Source: Lytechinus pictus (lineage: Eukaryota). Taken from it: DNA of 64,000 nt. This document shows positions 62,560-64,000 of the stretch, one piece after another. The DNA is taken from positions 18,600,001-18,664,000 of the forward strand of contig NC_087246.1 in NCBI RefSeq assembly GCF_037042905.1. Reading direction: 5' to 3'. Every line of letters begins with the position of its first letter. Within the stretch, counting starts at the first letter, position 1. A program made the position numbers and the translations under genes. The notes under the pieces are model-generated. The model saw only the letters and a list, made by a program, of their open reading frames with translations, was not told the origin of the DNA and did not search any database.

Positions 62560-63967
62560 AATGAATTATGCCGCGGCGTCCGTCTGTCGTCCGTTCACAA
62601 TTTTGAAATATATGCTTCTTAATTCGTCATTTCAAGTCTGATTTCAATTCTGTTTCCTTTATATGACAGCACTAGGTTGGGATTAAAAACTTCTTCACAG
62701 AATTTTGAAACTCATTAAATATGCTAATTTCTGCGCATTTTTCAAAATTCACAAAAAATGTTTCTTCTTTATTTGTCAACCAATTTTGATTTTTTTTTGC
62801 TTCCATCTCGTAGAGCTTCATGAGGTTCACCAAGGCAAAGTTCTTCACAGAATTTTGAAATTTTCACTGACAAAGTTTTATGCTAATTTATATGTGAAAT
62901 TATGCATGTTTTTGAAAATTCAGATAAAATAATGCTTCTTCTTTAACCGATTTCGATTTTTTTTTTAGTAGGAAAGTATATGCTATAATTAATGTGAAAT
63001 TCATAAATCACAGAAATGCCTCTTTATTTCTTGACCGAATTTCAAAATGCTTCTTCTTTGTCATTTCAAGTCCGATTTCAATTCTGTTTGCTTTATATGA
63101 TAGCATTTAGGTAGGGGATTTAAAATTTCTACACAGAATTTTGAAGTTTTGAATAGAAAATTATTTATGCTAATCTATGCAAAATTTGTTCATTTGTCAC
63201 AGAAAATGCCTCTTCATTATTTGTTGACCGATATTGATTTTTTTTTCTTCCATCTGGTAGAGCTACATGAGGGTTATCAAATTTCCACACAGAATTTTGA
63301 AATTTTGACTAGAAAATTATGCTAATTCATGCAAAATTTATTCATAATCACACAAAAATGCTTCTACTTTATTTATTGACCAATTTTGATTTTTTTTTCT
63401 TCCATCTGGTTGAGCGTCATGAGGGTCACCAAATTTCCACACAGAATTTTGAAATTTTTACTATAAAATTATTTATGCTAATTTATGCAAAATTCATTCA
63501 TATATCACAAAAATGTTTTTGTCTCCTTCAAAAGTTCAGTTGTTTATCAATGTCAGTTTTGTTTGCTTTATATGAAAGCTCTAGTTGGGGATACAAATTT
63601 TCAATACAGAATTTTGAAAATCATTAAATATGCTAATTTATGCATATATTTTTCAAAACTCACAAAAAATACTTATTGACTGATTTTGATTTTTTTTGGT
63701 TCCATCTGAGAGCTACATGAGGTTCACCAAGGTTCTACACAGAATTTAGAAATTTTGACTAGAAAATTATTTATGCTATAATTTTATACAAAATTTATTC
63801 ATAAATCGCAAAAAATGCTCCTATGTCATTTCTTCGATTTCAATTCTGTTTCCTGAATTTATGTCACAATATAAACACTAACTAGTGTCAACTGGGCTGA
63901 AATTAAAACTTGTGTTATATTTCTTTGCGAGATGCCGGATGAGCTCCACATCATTGATGTGCTAGTT
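62560..63967 (+). mobile_element. HINE/Helentron-like element with degenerate tandem repeats
   Basis: (cgtc)n start; many acacagaattttgaaa repeats; terminal hairpin cacatcattgatgtg followed by ctagtt. Confidence 0.7.
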
Positions 63968-64000
63968 TACAAAATATTATATATATGAGACGGACTGTAT

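Noticed and set aside
1-64000. CRISPR arrays, operons, rRNA or prokaryotic defence systems
   Set aside because: The sequence is eukaryotic with spliced genes. The tandem arrays lack unique spacers and lie inside transposons.

Overview
AT-rich, intron-containing animal genomic DNA, not prokaryotic. The repeat content suggests an invertebrate deuterostome, probably a sea urchin (inference). I assembled exons by hand from GT-AG sites, codon phase and recalled protein similarity; no database search was run. Genes: TRAPPC11 (minus, first three coding exons, continues off the left end); complete MAPKAPK5/MK5 (minus, 11 coding exons, about 469 aa); a single-coding-exon 993 aa PRR14/Tantalus-like protein (plus); complete CUSTOS/C12orf43-like gene (minus, 6 exons, about 398 aa); and a probable first coding exon of a PTGR2-like gene head-to-head with CUSTOS. 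Intergenic and intronic DNA holds many non-autonomous DNA transposons (several with readable target-site duplications), Helentron/HINE-like tandem-repeat elements, a tRNA-derived SINE and truncated LINEs. The most unusual signal is a large multi-stem structure just downstream of the MK5 activation-loop exon. It includes an intronic segment complementary to that exon and its splice donor, making it a candidate ADAR-editing or splicing-control element.
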